The notes below the pieces were generated by a model. The model worked only from the letters and a program-made list of their open reading frames with translations. It searched no databases and was not told the DNA's origin. Shown here in pieces: positions 17,291 through 27,562 of a stretch of 32,000 nt of DNA. Every line of letters starts with the position of its first letter. Positions within the stretch are counted from its first letter, which is position 1. This DNA comes from an uncultured Lachnospiraceae bacterium (GTDB lineage: Bacteria; Bacillota; Clostridia; Lachnospirales; Lachnospiraceae), in assembly GCA_944383545.1 (NCBI GenBank), contig CALWPY010000001.1, positions 11,980 through 43,979 on the forward strand, written 5' to 3'. Position numbers and translations under genes: made by a program.

Positions 17291-18142
17291 TTAATAAGTA
17301 TCCAGAAAACTGTGTCTTTCCCCATTTTTCTTATATTCAATTACAGTATCTAAATTTACGTTTTCCACGCTCTTAAAAATATTTCCTTCCACAAAGGGAT
17401 TTGTCTTTTTTAATTCCCTTATAAGATTTTTTATTTCAAGCCTTTTAGATAAGGTTTCTTCGTTTTCGACATTACTGCATGCCTCCGTAAATCTGCAGGC
17501 ACACTGCAGAAATTTAAGTCCGTTATAGTCCTTCCAAGCCTTTATGTCATCCTCTCTGATAAGATACATGGGACGGATAAGCTCCATTCCCTCAAAGTTC
17601 GTACTGTGAAGCTTTGGCATCATGGTCTGTATCTGTGCGCCGTAAAGCATTCCCATAAGTATTGTTTCTATTACATCATCATAATGGTGTCCCAGAGCTA
17701 TTTTATTACAGCCCATTTCCTTTGCATGACTGTACAGATAACCCCTTCTCATTCTTGCACAGAGGTAGCATGGTGATTTTTCAATATTATAAACTGAATC
17801 AAAAATGTCAGACTCAAATATGGTAATGGGAATATCAAGATTTCCTGCATTTTCTTCTATTAACTCCCTGTTTTTTTTGCTGTAACCCGGGTCCATGACA
17901 AGAAATTTTATTTCAAACGGAAATTTATTGTGAAGTTTAAGCTCCTGAAAAAGCTTTGCCATAAGCATGGAATCTTTTCCGCCCGATATGCATACTGCTA
18001 TCCTGTCACCTTCCTTAACAAGTTCATATTTATTTATAGCCTTTGTAAATTTACACCAGATATTTTTTCTGAATTTTTTTCTGATGCTTAATTCTACATC
18101 TTTACTTTTTGAATTTTCTTTATTTACTGATTCCTGATTCAT
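17291..18142 (-). CDS. ttcA: TtcA-family PP-loop ATPase (tRNA 2-thiocytidine synthase-like)
   Basis: 283 aa. PP-loop CISGGKDS, then PCYLCARMRRGYLY ... IALGHHYDDVIETILM and a C-terminal Cys pair (CACRF). Confidence 0.8.
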   Translation of the reverse strand: MNQESVNKENSKSKDVELSIRKKFRKNIWCKFTKAINKYELVKEGDRIAVCISGGKDSMLMAKLFQELKLHNKFPFEIKFLVMDPGYSKKNRELIEENAGNLDIPITIFESDIFDSVYNIEKSPCYLCARMRRGYLYSHAKEMGCNKIALGHHYDDVIETILMGMLYGAQIQTMMPKLHSTNFEGMELIRPMYLIREDDIKAWKDYNGLKFLQCACRFTEACSNVENEETLSKRLEIKNLIRELKKTNPFVEGNIFKSVENVNLDTVIEYKKNGERHSFLDTY

Positions 18143-18256
18143 ATTAATTTCTCCAAATTTTTTATGCCTGTATTTAATCTAAAATCATACTTATTGTTTT
18201 GTCAAGTATATATAAAAAAAGCTTCAATCCATTACTTTGGTTTGAAGCTTTTAGAG

Positions 18257-18327
18257 AGGCGCCAACCAGATTTGAACTGGTGATAGAGGTGTTGCAGACC
18301 TTTGCCTTACCACTTGGCCATGGCGCC
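18257..18327 (-). tRNA. tRNA-Cys (GCA)
   Basis: The reverse complement is GGCGCCATGGCCAAGTGGTAAGGCAAAGGTCTGCAACACCTCTATCACCAGTTCAAATCTGGTTGGCGCCT. 7-bp acceptor stem, anticodon loop CTGCAAC, T-loop GTTCAAATC. No CCA is encoded. Confidence 0.9.
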
Positions 18328-18371
18328 ATATTTACATATATGACCGTTAAACGGTTTTTATTTTATGTAAG

Positions 18372-18443
18372 CTCCCCGAGTAGGGCTCGAACCTACAACC
18401 CCACGGTTAACAGCCGTGTGCTCTACCATTGAGCTATCGAGGA
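18372..18443 (-). tRNA. tRNA-Asn (GTT)
   Basis: The reverse complement is TCCTCGATAGCTCAATGGTAGAGCACACGGCTGTTAACCGTGGGGTTGTAGGTTCGAGCCCTACTCGGGGAG. Anticodon stem cacgg/ccgtg, loop CTGTTAA, T-loop GGTTCGAGC. Confidence 0.9.
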
Positions 18444-18547
18444 ATATAACAACATGATAGATTATATGCAAAAAATATATATAAGTCAATACTTTTCGTA
18501 AGTCATTTTCCCTTAAGTAATCCATAATATCGACCTAAATTTTTTAA

Positions 18548-18635
18548 CGGAGATGGAGGGATTTGAACCCTCGCGCCGCGCGAACGACCTACACCCTTAG
18601 CAGGGGCGCCTCTTCAGCCACTTGAGTACATCTCC
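18548..18635 (-). tRNA. tRNA-Ser (GCT), class II with long variable arm
   Basis: The reverse complement is GGAGATGTACTCAAGTGGCTGAAGAGGCGCCCCTGCTAAGGGTGTAGGTCGTTCGCGCGGCGCGAGGGTTCAAATCCCTCCATCTCCG. Anticodon loop CTGCTAA, with a long GC-rich variable arm. Confidence 0.9.
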
Positions 18636-18720
18636 AGTGCCTAAACTTTATTATTTTTTAGTTTTAAGCTTATTTTGCGATTAACGCGCTTTTACATGAT
18701 AACAAATAAGGATATCATTG

Positions 18721-19281
18721 TCAAGATTTAAATTTCTTTAAATAGTCCTCTACCGCAGTTTCATATAAATTATTGCCTTTGCTGTCAATAACAACTATTA
18801 CGGGGAAATTTTCCACCTTTAATTTTCTTATTGCTTCCGTTCCCAAGTCATCATAAGCTATTACTTCTGATTCCTTTATACATTTGGAAAGAAGCGCTCC
18901 TGCGCCGCCTACGGCAGCAAAATAAACGGCCTTATTTTTTACAATGGAATTTATAACCTCTTTACTTCTCTTTCCCTTGCCTATCATTCCGTTTAAACCT
19001 TTATCAAGCAGAAGCGGAGCATATTTATCCATTCGGCTGCTTGTGGTAGGTCCTGCAGAGCCAATTACCTGACCTTCTCTTGCAGGGGTAGGTCCGAGAT
19101 AATATATCACATTATCCTTAAGATCTATTGGTATTTCCTTTCCTGAAAGCAATGTTTCATACATTCTTTTATGGGCTGCATCTCTTGCAGTATATATTGT
19201 ACCTGTTATGTAAACATAATCTCCTGATTTTAAATCTTTAAGCTTATCTTTTGTAACAGGTGTGTTTATATATTTATCCAT
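18721..19281 (-). CDS. Class I (Fe-S) fumarate hydratase/tartrate dehydratase, beta subunit
   Basis: 186 aa. GTIYTARDAAHKR, GPTTSSRMD and AVGGAGAL are typical of the Fe-S hydro-lyase beta/C-terminal domain. It starts 2 bp after the alpha subunit ends. Confidence 0.85.
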   Translation of the reverse strand: MDKYINTPVTKDKLKDLKSGDYVYITGTIYTARDAAHKRMYETLLSGKEIPIDLKDNVIYYLGPTPAREGQVIGSAGPTTSSRMDKYAPLLLDKGLNGMIGKGKRSKEVINSIVKNKAVYFAAVGGAGALLSKCIKESEVIAYDDLGTEAIRKLKVENFPVIVVIDSKGNNLYETAVEDYLKKFKS

Positions 19282-19282
19282 T

Positions 19283-20134
19283 TTACAATACCTTTCTTAC
19301 ATGCCTGTTTACATGACAGCACATATTTACGGCAAGAGGCATTCCTGCAATATGTGTTGCATAGGTTTCAATATTAACCGCCAGTGCCGTTGTACTTCCG
19401 CCAAATCCCCCGGGACCTATTCCCAGTGAATTTATCTCCTGTAAAAGCTCTTCTTCAAGCTTCGCAATATGAGGAAGCTCTGAACTCTTATTAATATTTC
19501 TTGTAAGGGCCTTTTTGGCAAGTATTGCCGAAAGCTCAAAATCTCCGCCTATTCCGACTCCCACAACCACCGGCGGACAGGCGTTAGGACCTGCATCCTT
19601 CACAGCCTGTATTACGGAAGATTTAATTCCTTCCACTCCGTCCGCAGGTTTAAGCATAAATACCCGGCTCATGTTTTCGCTTCCAAAACCTTTAGGTGCA
19701 ATTAAAATATCAAGCTTATCACCGGGAACAATATCATAGTGTATTATTGCAGGGGTATTATCCTTTGTATTAACTCTTAAAATAGGGTCATTTACAACTG
19801 ATTTTCTTAAATATCCCTCTTTATAACCTCTGCGGACACCTTCATTTATTGCTTCCGTAAGATTTCCATTAATATGCAAATCCTGTCCGACACTTACAAA
19901 AAACACAGCCATGCCGGTATCCTGACATATAGGAATTTTTTCCTCACCTGCAATTTTTAAATTGTCCTCGAGCTGACCGAGTATTTGTGCAGCAAGCTCA
20001 CCCTTCTCACTGTCTTTTGCAGATTTTAATGCACCTTCCATATCAGAAGACAGATAAAGATTTGCCTCTATACACATATCCCTCACGGTATCAATTATTA
20101 AATCAGTACTAATTTCTCTCATGCCTTTTACCAC
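19283..20134 (-). CDS. Class I (Fe-S) fumarate hydratase/tartrate dehydratase, alpha subunit
   Basis: 283 aa. The cluster-ligand context is PICQDTGMAVFFV, and the C-terminal part has CPPVVVGVGIGG ... MCCH. Confidence 0.85.
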   Translation of the reverse strand: MVKGMREISTDLIIDTVRDMCIEANLYLSSDMEGALKSAKDSEKGELAAQILGQLEDNLKIAGEEKIPICQDTGMAVFFVSVGQDLHINGNLTEAINEGVRRGYKEGYLRKSVVNDPILRVNTKDNTPAIIHYDIVPGDKLDILIAPKGFGSENMSRVFMLKPADGVEGIKSSVIQAVKDAGPNACPPVVVGVGIGGDFELSAILAKKALTRNINKSSELPHIAKLEEELLQEINSLGIGPGGFGGSTTALAVNIETYATHIAGMPLAVNMCCHVNRHVRKVL

Positions 20135-20147
20135 TTTTTACGATTTT

Positions 20148-20351
20148 TTATTCGAGAAAATCATCCTCGTCTTCGTCCGATTTTCCTTCTCTCTTTTTTT
20201 TCAAATATGCGGATATCTTAAAACATATATAAACCACAATGAGTATTACTACTATTACTGCAGCCCAATACATTACGGCAAGTAAAATATCAGTAATTCC
20301 CTGTGTATCATTTACACTGTCAAGAGTATCCCTTACCTTACCCAAATCCAT
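20148..20351 (-). CDS. Small single-pass membrane protein with an acidic C-terminal tail; hypothetical
   Basis: 67 aa. TM helix ILLAVMYWAAVIVVILIVVYICF, then KKKREGKSDEDEDDFLE. It sits between gyrA and the fumarase genes. Confidence 0.4.
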   Translation of the reverse strand: MDLGKVRDTLDSVNDTQGITDILLAVMYWAAVIVVILIVVYICFKISAYLKKKREGKSDEDEDDFLE

Positions 20352-20406
20352 ATATTATCCTCCCCAATGCGTAGTTCGTAAGGTCATCCTTATGACGAAA
20401 AATGGA

Positions 20407-22914
20407 TTAGTTACTGCCTTTTTCTTTATTTTCTTCCTCCAGACGTTTTAAGGCATCTTCAGTTTCACTTTCTCTTACCTTTGCAATGCTTGCAACCGTG
20501 ATGTCATTTGCAACATCCACATTAATAAGCTTAACTCCGGATGTTACCCTTCCGAGTTCTGAAATGTCACTGCAGTTAAGGCGTATTACTATTCCCTGAG
20601 TGGATATGAGCATTATTTCATGATTGTCATTAACTGCCTTAACTCCGACAACATTTCCGGTCTTTTCGTTAATCTTATAACATTTAACACCCTTACCGCC
20701 TCTGTTCTGAGGTGTGAATTCATCTATTGCCGTCCTCTTACCCATTCCGTTTTCGGAAACAATGAGAAGTGTTCTTCCCTGGGTATTCATCTGCATTCCA
20801 ATTACCTCATCATCAGGTGAAAGCTTCATTCCTATTACACCCATTGAAGTTCTTCCGGTGCTTCTTACATCGGTTTCACTAAATCTTATGCACATACCGA
20901 GCTTTGTAACCATAATAATATCCCTGGTATCGTCGGTAGTTTTAACCTCTATGAGTTCGTCTCCCTCTCTAAGTGTAATGGCAGCCAGACCGTTCTTCCT
21001 GATATTCTGGTATTCAGTTACAGGAGTTTTCTTAACTAAACCATGTTTAGTAACCATAAAGAGGAACTTTCCTTCTTTATATTCCTTGATAGGAATTATT
21101 GCAGTTATTTTTTCTTCAGGGTCTAATTGAAGAAGGTTAACTATTGCAGTACCTCTTGCAGTTCTTCCCGATTCAGGAATTTCATAGGTCTTAAGTCTGT
21201 AAACCTTTCCCTTGTTGGTAAAGAACATTATATAATGGTGGGTTGTAGTCATAAGGAGTTCTTCAATAAAATCGTCCTCTATGGTCTGCATGCCCTTTAT
21301 TCCTTTACCGCCTCTGTTCTGGGCTTTGAAGTTATTTACGGTCATTCTCTTGATATAACCGAGCTTTGTCATGGTTATAACCGTATTTTCCTTCTTTATA
21401 AGGTCTTCTATTGTTAAATCGTCATCATCAAAACCTATCTGTGTTCTTCTGTCATCGCCGTACTTCATGGAAACTATCATAATTTCCTCTTTTATTACCC
21501 CAAGCAGCTTCTTTTCGTCTGCCAGAATTGCACGGAGTTCAGCGATTTTTTCCATGAGCTCACGATATTCGTTCTCAAGCTTTTCTCTTTCCAAGCCTGT
21601 TAACGCACGGAGTCTCATATCTACAATAGCCTGAGACTGTGCATCCGTAAGACCGAATCTTTCCATGAGAGAAAGCTTTGCTTCCTGAACACTCTTTGAG
21701 CCTCTTATTATCTTAATAACTTCATCAATGTTATCAAGTGCTATAAGCAGACCTTCCAAAATGTGGGCTCTTTCTTCGGCCTTATTTAAATCGTATTTTG
21801 TACGTCTGGTTACAACATCCTCCTGATGCTTTATGTAATATTCAAGCATTTCAAGAAGATTTAAAACTTTAGGCTCGTTGTTTACAAGAGCAAGCATGTT
21901 TACGCCAAAAGTATCCTGCATCTGGGTATGCTTATATAAATTATTTAGAAGCACATTAGCATTGCAGTCTTTTTTAAGCTCTATTACTATTCTCATTCCT
22001 TCTCTTGAAGACTCATCACGAAGGTCGGTAATTCCTTCAACCTTTTTATCCTTAACGAGTTCTGCAATTTTCTGTATGAGATTAGCCTTATTAACCATAT
22101 ATGGAAGCTCTGTTACAATTATTCTCTGCTTTCCATTTGGCATAGGCTCAATTTCGGTAATGGCTCTTACCTTTATTTTTCCCTTACCTGTTCTATATGC
22201 TTCTTCAAAACCTGCCTTACCTAAAACTAAAGCACCTGTAGGAAAATCAGGACCCTTTACAATATCAAGAACTTCTTCAATGCTTGTTTCCCTGTCTTCC
22301 AATACACGGTTATCTATTATTTTTACTACCGCATCTATTATTTCTCTTAAATTATGAGGCGGTATGTTTGTTGCCATACCTACGGCAATACCTGATGTAC
22401 CGTTTACAAGAAGATTTGGAAAACGGCTTGGTAAAACAACAGGCTCTTTTTCTGTTTCATCGAAGTTAGGTATAAAATCAACCGTATCTTTATTTATATC
22501 TGCAAGCATTTCCATGGATATTTTTGAAAGTCTTGCTTCGGTATATCTCATGGCAGCCGCACTGTCACCATCCATTGAGCCGAAATTTCCGTGTCCGTCT
22601 ACAAGAGGATATCTGGTGTTCCAGTCCTGTGCTAACTTTACAAGTGCTTCGTAAATAGAACTGTCCCCGTGTGGGTGATATTTACCCATTGTATCACCTA
22701 CGATACGGGCACACTTTCTATGAGGTTTATCAGGCCCGTTATTAAGCTCTATCATTGAAAAAAGTATTCTTCTCTGTACAGGCTTAAGACCGTCCCTTAC
22801 ATCAGGGAGGGCTCTGGCAGCAATAACGCTCATTGCATAGTCAATATATGACCTTTCCATGGTCTTTTTTAAATCCACCTCATGGATACTGTCAAATATC
22901 TTATCGTCGTCCAT
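20407..22914 (-). CDS. gyrA: DNA gyrase subunit A
   Basis: 835 aa. [26 protein letters not shown], the QRDR context [14 protein letters not shown], the active-site region AAMRYTE, and C-terminal beta-pinwheel repeats. Confidence 0.97.
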   Translation of the reverse strand: MDDDKIFDSIHEVDLKKTMERSYIDYAMSVIAARALPDVRDGLKPVQRRILFSMIELNNGPDKPHRKCARIVGDTMGKYHPHGDSSIYEALVKLAQDWNTRYPLVDGHGNFGSMDGDSAAAMRYTEARLSKISMEMLADINKDTVDFIPNFDETEKEPVVLPSRFPNLLVNGTSGIAVGMATNIPPHNLREIIDAVVKIIDNRVLEDRETSIEEVLDIVKGPDFPTGALVLGKAGFEEAYRTGKGKIKVRAITEIEPMPNGKQRIIVTELPYMVNKANLIQKIAELVKDKKVEGITDLRDESSREGMRIVIELKKDCNANVLLNNLYKHTQMQDTFGVNMLALVNNEPKVLNLLEMLEYYIKHQEDVVTRRTKYDLNKAEERAHILEGLLIALDNIDEVIKIIRGSKSVQEAKLSLMERFGLTDAQSQAIVDMRLRALTGLEREKLENEYRELMEKIAELRAILADEKKLLGVIKEEIMIVSMKYGDDRRTQIGFDDDDLTIEDLIKKENTVITMTKLGYIKRMTVNNFKAQNRGGKGIKGMQTIEDDFIEELLMTTTHHYIMFFTNKGKVYRLKTYEIPESGRTARGTAIVNLLQLDPEEKITAIIPIKEYKEGKFLFMVTKHGLVKKTPVTEYQNIRKNGLAAITLREGDELIEVKTTDDTRDIIMVTKLGMCIRFSETDVRSTGRTSMGVIGMKLSPDDEVIGMQMNTQGRTLLIVSENGMGKRTAIDEFTPQNRGGKGVKCYKINEKTGNVVGVKAVNDNHEIMLISTQGIVIRLNCSDISELGRVTSGVKLINVDVANDITVASIAKVRESETEDALKRLEEENKEKGSN

Positions 22915-22928
22915 TTTTTATCCTCCCA

Positions 22929-24845
22929 TTAAATGTCAAGATTCTTAACGAATTTTGCATTTTCTTCAATAAACTTTCTACGCGGCTCTACCTTATCTCC
23001 CATAAGAGTATTGAATGTTAAGTCTATTTCAGACTCATCTTCATTATCTATTGCAACCTTAAGAAGAATACGGTTTTCAGGGTCCATTGTAGTATCCCAG
23101 AGCTGGCTGGCATCCATTTCTCCAAGTCCCTTATAACGCTGAATCTTATTACTTGAATCTCTTCCTACTTCCTCTAAAATTGAAGCAAGCTCGTCATCAC
23201 TGTATGCATACCATACCTTTTTATTTTTTTCCAGCTTGTAAAGCGGTGGCTGAGCCAGATATACATGTCCTTCTCTTATCAAATCCGGCATAAATCTGTA
23301 AAAGAATGTAAGAAGAAGTGTAGCTATATGTGCTCCGTCCACATCGGCATCAGTCATGATAATAATTTTATCATAACGAAGCTTATCTATATTAAAATTA
23401 TCATGTATACCCGTACCAAAAGCAGTAATCATTGCCTTTATTTCTTCATTTCCGAGTATTCTGTCAATTCTTGCCTTTTCAACATTAAGAATTTTTCCTC
23501 TTAAAGGAAGTATCGCCTGAGTTGCCCTGTTTCTTGCGGATTTTGCAGAGCCTCCCGCAGAATCTCCCTCAACTATATATATCTCACAATTCTTAGGGTC
23601 TTTATCTGAGCAGTCAGCCAGCTTTCCCGGAAGAGCCATTGTATCTGCAAGAGTAGTCTTACGTGCCACGTCTCTTGCTTTTCTTGCTGCAATTCTTGCT
23701 CTCTGTGCAAGCAGGGCTTTATTTATTATTGTTTTTGCAATTTGAGGATTCTGCTCCAGAAAATAAGTAAGCTGCTCGCTCATTATGCTTTCTACGGCAC
23801 TTCTTGCTTCTGCATTTCCCAGCTTCTGCTTTGTCTGGCCTTCAAACTGAGGCTCACTTATTTTTATACTTATAATTGCAGTAAGTCCTTCTCTTAAGTC
23901 ATCACCTGAAAGGTTATCTTCTTTTTCTTTTAATAACTTAAACTCTCTGGCATAATCATTAAATACCTTTGTTATGGCAGACCTGAATCCCGTGAGGTGC
24001 ATACCACCCTCAGGAGTTATAATATTATTTACAAAGCTGTATACGGATTCATTAAAAGAGTCATTATGCTGCATGGCAACCTCAACATAGATGTCATCCT
24101 TAACACCTTCACAATAAATAACCTTATTGTAAAGAGGGTCCTTGTGTCTGTTTATATATTCAACAAATTCTTTAATACCTCCCTCATAGTGGAAAGTTCT
24201 CTCAAGAACAGGGTCTTCTCTTAAATCAGTAAGAGTAATCTTTAAATTTTTAGTAAGAAATGCTGTTTCCCTTAATCTTGTTTTTAATGTATTAAAATCA
24301 TATATAACATCATCAAAAATTGTATCATCAGGTAAAAATGTAACCTTAGTACCTGTTTTTTCTGATTTTCCAACTACCTTAAGGTCATACATTACCTTAC
24401 CATATTCATATCTCTGCTTATATACCTTTCCGTCTATTGAAATTTCAACTTCAAGCCACTTAGAAAGAGCATTAACAACAGATGCACCAACTCCGTGAAG
24501 TCCGCCTGATACCTTATATCCCCCACCACCGAACTTTCCGCCGGCATGAAGTATGGTAAATACAACTTCTACTGCAGGTCTCTGTGCTTTTTCCTGAATA
24601 TCTACAGGTATACCTCTTCCGTTATCAATTACCGTTATGGAATTATCCTCATTTATGAATACCTGAATCTCAGAGCAGTAACCTGCAAGTGCTTCATCAA
24701 CTGAATTATCAACTATTTCATATACAAGATGATGTAGACCTCTGGTTGATGTACTTCCTATATACATTCCCGGTCTTTTTCTTACAGCCTCTAGTCCTTC
24801 GAGTATCTGAATCTGATCGGCACCATAATTTTTACTTTCTTCCAT
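22929..24845 (-). CDS. gyrB: DNA gyrase subunit B
   Basis: 638 aa. [39 protein letters not shown], Toprim [15 protein letters not shown], and [12 protein letters not shown]. Confidence 0.97.
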   Translation of the reverse strand: MEESKNYGADQIQILEGLEAVRKRPGMYIGSTSTRGLHHLVYEIVDNSVDEALAGYCSEIQVFINEDNSITVIDNGRGIPVDIQEKAQRPAVEVVFTILHAGGKFGGGGYKVSGGLHGVGASVVNALSKWLEVEISIDGKVYKQRYEYGKVMYDLKVVGKSEKTGTKVTFLPDDTIFDDVIYDFNTLKTRLRETAFLTKNLKITLTDLREDPVLERTFHYEGGIKEFVEYINRHKDPLYNKVIYCEGVKDDIYVEVAMQHNDSFNESVYSFVNNIITPEGGMHLTGFRSAITKVFNDYAREFKLLKEKEDNLSGDDLREGLTAIISIKISEPQFEGQTKQKLGNAEARSAVESIMSEQLTYFLEQNPQIAKTIINKALLAQRARIAARKARDVARKTTLADTMALPGKLADCSDKDPKNCEIYIVEGDSAGGSAKSARNRATQAILPLRGKILNVEKARIDRILGNEEIKAMITAFGTGIHDNFNIDKLRYDKIIIMTDADVDGAHIATLLLTFFYRFMPDLIREGHVYLAQPPLYKLEKNKKVWYAYSDDELASILEEVGRDSSNKIQRYKGLGEMDASQLWDTTMDPENRILLKVAIDNEDESEIDLTFNTLMGDKVEPRRKFIEENAKFVKNLDI

Positions 24846-24854
24846 TTTATCCTC

Positions 24855-25940
24855 CTAATTTTTAACCTCTACATGTCCGTTTTTCACTTTGTATATATTA
24901 TCTATTGTAAGTCTTTCTTTTATAAAATCATCATAGCCCGTACAGGTTATAATTGTCTGTATGTCTTTTATACCTTCAATAAGTGCATTTCTTCTTGATT
25001 TATCAAGCTCAGACATTACATCATCCAGTAAAAGAATCGGATTGTCATTTATAATCTGTTTAACAAGCTCAATTTCAGCAAGTTTAAGCGATAATGTCGC
25101 AGTCCTCTGCTGTCCCTGGGAGCCAAACATCTTGACATCCATATCATTTATAATAAAAGCCATATCATCTCTGTGAGGTCCGTACTGTGTACTCTGATAT
25201 TTTAAATCTGTTTCTCTCTTTTTTTCAAGAATACTTAAAAACTCATCTTCCTCTACACTTTTATTATATTTAAGAACAAGTTTTTCTTTTCCCAAAGTAA
25301 GTCTGTCATGTATACCGGAAATAATTTCATTTATCATGTTAATGAAATTATTCCTCTCTTTTATGATTTTTATACCATAATTTGCCAGTTGATTATCCCA
25401 GATATCGAGAGTATCAATAAGACTTCTGTTAAAAGCTATCTGCTTTAAAAGATTATTTCTCTGATTAAGAATTTTATTGTAATTTGCCAGATTTCCGTAA
25501 TATATCCTGCTTAGCTGGCATAATTCCATATCTATAAAACGTCTTCTTTCCACAGGACTGCTTTTTATAATGTTTAAATCCTCGGGTGAAAAAATTATTA
25601 TATTTATAACTCCGAATATTTCAGCAGAACGTCTTATGGAAATTCCATCTATGGCAACACCTTTACTTTTATTTTTACGGATATGCATATCAATCCTGTG
25701 GCTTACATCACGTTTTTTTAAATCAACTCTTATATGGGATTCTTCTTCTCCGAATCTTATTATATCTTTATCCCTGCTTCCCCTATGGGATTTAGTGGTT
25801 GCCGACATATAGATTGATTCTAAAATATTGGTTTTTCCCTGAGCATTGTCACCATATAATATATTAGTTCCCTTACTGAAACTTATATTAAGATTTTCAT
25901 AATTTCTAAAATTGCTAAGAGCTAAATTATTTATATACAT
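24855..25940 (-). CDS. recF: DNA replication and repair protein RecF
   Basis: 361 aa. Walker A YGDNAQGKTNILE, the SMC-like signature FGSQGQQRT, and Walker B ILLLDDVMSELD. Confidence 0.93.
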   Translation of the reverse strand: MYINNLALSNFRNYENLNISFSKGTNILYGDNAQGKTNILESIYMSATTKSHRGSRDKDIIRFGEEESHIRVDLKKRDVSHRIDMHIRKNKSKGVAIDGISIRRSAEIFGVINIIIFSPEDLNIIKSSPVERRRFIDMELCQLSRIYYGNLANYNKILNQRNNLLKQIAFNRSLIDTLDIWDNQLANYGIKIIKERNNFINMINEIISGIHDRLTLGKEKLVLKYNKSVEEDEFLSILEKKRETDLKYQSTQYGPHRDDMAFIINDMDVKMFGSQGQQRTATLSLKLAEIELVKQIINDNPILLLDDVMSELDKSRRNALIEGIKDIQTIITCTGYDDFIKERLTIDNIYKVKNGHVEVKN

Positions 25941-25941
25941 A

Positions 25942-26151
25942 TCATTTCCTGATGCTTATTTTTTTGCCGTCAAAAATAATTTCATCTCCGTCATATAATT
26001 TACGTCCTCTTCTGGTTTCAATTTCTCCGTTTACCAAAACAAGACCTTCTGTTATTACATCTTTTGCCATGGCGCCTGTTTCTATAAGCCCTGCAGCTTT
26101 AAGTGCCTGCCCCAGCTTTATGTATTCATCTCTTAATTTTATTATTTCCAT
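25942..26151 (-). CDS. yaaA: S4-domain RNA-binding protein (YaaA-like)
   Basis: 69 aa. LGQALKAAGLIETGAMAKDVI ... VLVNGEIETRRGRKLYDGDEI. It occupies the conserved position between dnaN and recF. Confidence 0.85.
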   Translation of the reverse strand: MEIIKLRDEYIKLGQALKAAGLIETGAMAKDVITEGLVLVNGEIETRRGRKLYDGDEIIFDGKKISIRK

Positions 26152-26176
26152 AGTTTTATCCTGACTTAAATATTTT

Positions 26177-27292
26177 TTAATAAGCAGCAGTATTAATGTT
26201 CATAGGAAGTATTACATAAATATAGCTTTCTTCTTCATTCTTAATAATGCAAGGATTTCTGAAATCATTCATGTAAATATTCACTTCTTCATCATCTATT
26301 ACACGAAGTGCATCCATTATAAATTTAGGATTAAATCCAATTACAATTTCTCCGCTGTCTTTTCTTATACTTATTTCTTCATTCATGGAGCCCATATTGG
26401 AATCTACGTGAAGATACATATTGTTGTCATTTTTAATACTAATAATGATAGGTTTTTTATCAGACTCCTTTATAAGAAGAGATGCTCTGTCAATACAATC
26501 CAAAAGTTCTTTTTTATTAACATTAACCCTCATCTTATAATCGATTGAAAGCATCTGTGAAATTTTAAAATATTCACCCTCCAGAAGTCTGGAAACAACT
26601 CTTGTCTCATCAAACTCAAAAAGTATATGTCTGTCAGTAAAATAAATATTTACCTCATCCTCTGCTCCTCCGTTTATAATCTTACTTAAATCCATAAGAG
26701 TTTTTCCCGGAACTACAACTTTTACATTTTCATTTTCTCCCTTAAGAGGAATTTTGCGCAGAGAAATACGATGACCGTCAAGAGATACAACAATTAAAGT
26801 ATTATCCTTTACTTCAAAAGACTCTCCGGTCATAAGCTTTGTATTTTCATTATATGATATTGAAAAAATGGTTTGTCTTACTACTTCTCTCAAATCAAAC
26901 TGGGAAAGAGTTATGCTTTTTTCTTTCTCTATATCAGGAAGATAAGAAAAATCCTCACCTGATTTACTTGCTATTACGAATTTTGATTTTTCACACCTTA
27001 TTGTAGTCTTATAATCTTCACTTGTTTCTATATCTATTTCACTTTCAGGAAGCTTTCTTACTATGTCAGAAAAAATCTTTGCCTCTATGGCTATTTTTCC
27101 TTCTTCCAGAATAGTACCGTCTATAAAAGTTTCAATTCCAATCTCTAAATCATTTGCAGTAAGTTTTATTCTGTCATTTACTGCTTCGATAAGTATACAT
27201 TCAAGTATTGGCATTGTAGTTTTAGTTGAAACAGCTTTTGAAACAATATTTATACCTGCTGCCAGATTATTTTTACTGCATTTTATTCTCAT
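26177..27292 (-). CDS. dnaN: DNA polymerase III beta sliding clamp
   Basis: 371 aa with the three-domain clamp pattern (ILECILIEA ... LTANDLEIGI ... SLDGHRIS ... FNPKFIMDAL). It lies downstream of dnaA. Confidence 0.93.
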   Translation of the reverse strand: MRIKCSKNNLAAGINIVSKAVSTKTTMPILECILIEAVNDRIKLTANDLEIGIETFIDGTILEEGKIAIEAKIFSDIVRKLPESEIDIETSEDYKTTIRCEKSKFVIASKSGEDFSYLPDIEKEKSITLSQFDLREVVRQTIFSISYNENTKLMTGESFEVKDNTLIVVSLDGHRISLRKIPLKGENENVKVVVPGKTLMDLSKIINGGAEDEVNIYFTDRHILFEFDETRVVSRLLEGEYFKISQMLSIDYKMRVNVNKKELLDCIDRASLLIKESDKKPIIISIKNDNNMYLHVDSNMGSMNEEISIRKDSGEIVIGFNPKFIMDALRVIDDEEVNIYMNDFRNPCIIKNEEESYIYVILPMNINTAAY

Positions 27293-27312
27293 CTTGGTTA
27301 ATAACTCCTTTC

Positions 27313-27378
27313 AGGTTTGGTAAAATATTAAATATAATAATATAATTTAGTAGTAATAGTAGTAGTAAGTGTGGATTT
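27313..27378 (-). promoter_or_regulatory. oriC unwinding module: AT-rich DUE, seven DnaA-trios and an abutting DnaA-box-like site
   Basis: Plus strand: an AT-only stretch at 27313-27347, then TAG TAG TAA TAG TAG TAG TAA at 27348-27368, one G, then tgtggattt at 27370-27378. The reverse complement of the last site is AAATCCACA, 7/9 to TTATCCACA. Reading from dnaA towards dnaN, the order box, trios, DUE matches the Bacillus subtilis incC layout. Confidence 0.6.
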
Positions 27379-27562
27379 GTTGATATCGCTGAAATCCCTT
27401 GTCTTTGTTAAAAAAAATGATGTTATTTACGATGTTGGTTTCAGGTAAAAAGTGTTTGATAAAATGTTAATATAAAAAATGAATTTAAAAATTATTAAGT
27501 ATATAATTTTTTATTAATATGTTATGAACATCAATTAAAGTTTAATTAACATGTTATTAACA

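Noticed and set aside
18199-18432. 77-aa plus-strand ORF
   Set aside because: It is antisense to, and built from, the tRNA-Cys and tRNA-Asn genes. It is spurious.
18257-18635. tRNA cluster as an integration site for a genomic island
   Set aside because: No integrase gene, partial tRNA duplication or foreign genes flank the cluster. Both sides are housekeeping genes (ttcA and fumarate hydratase).
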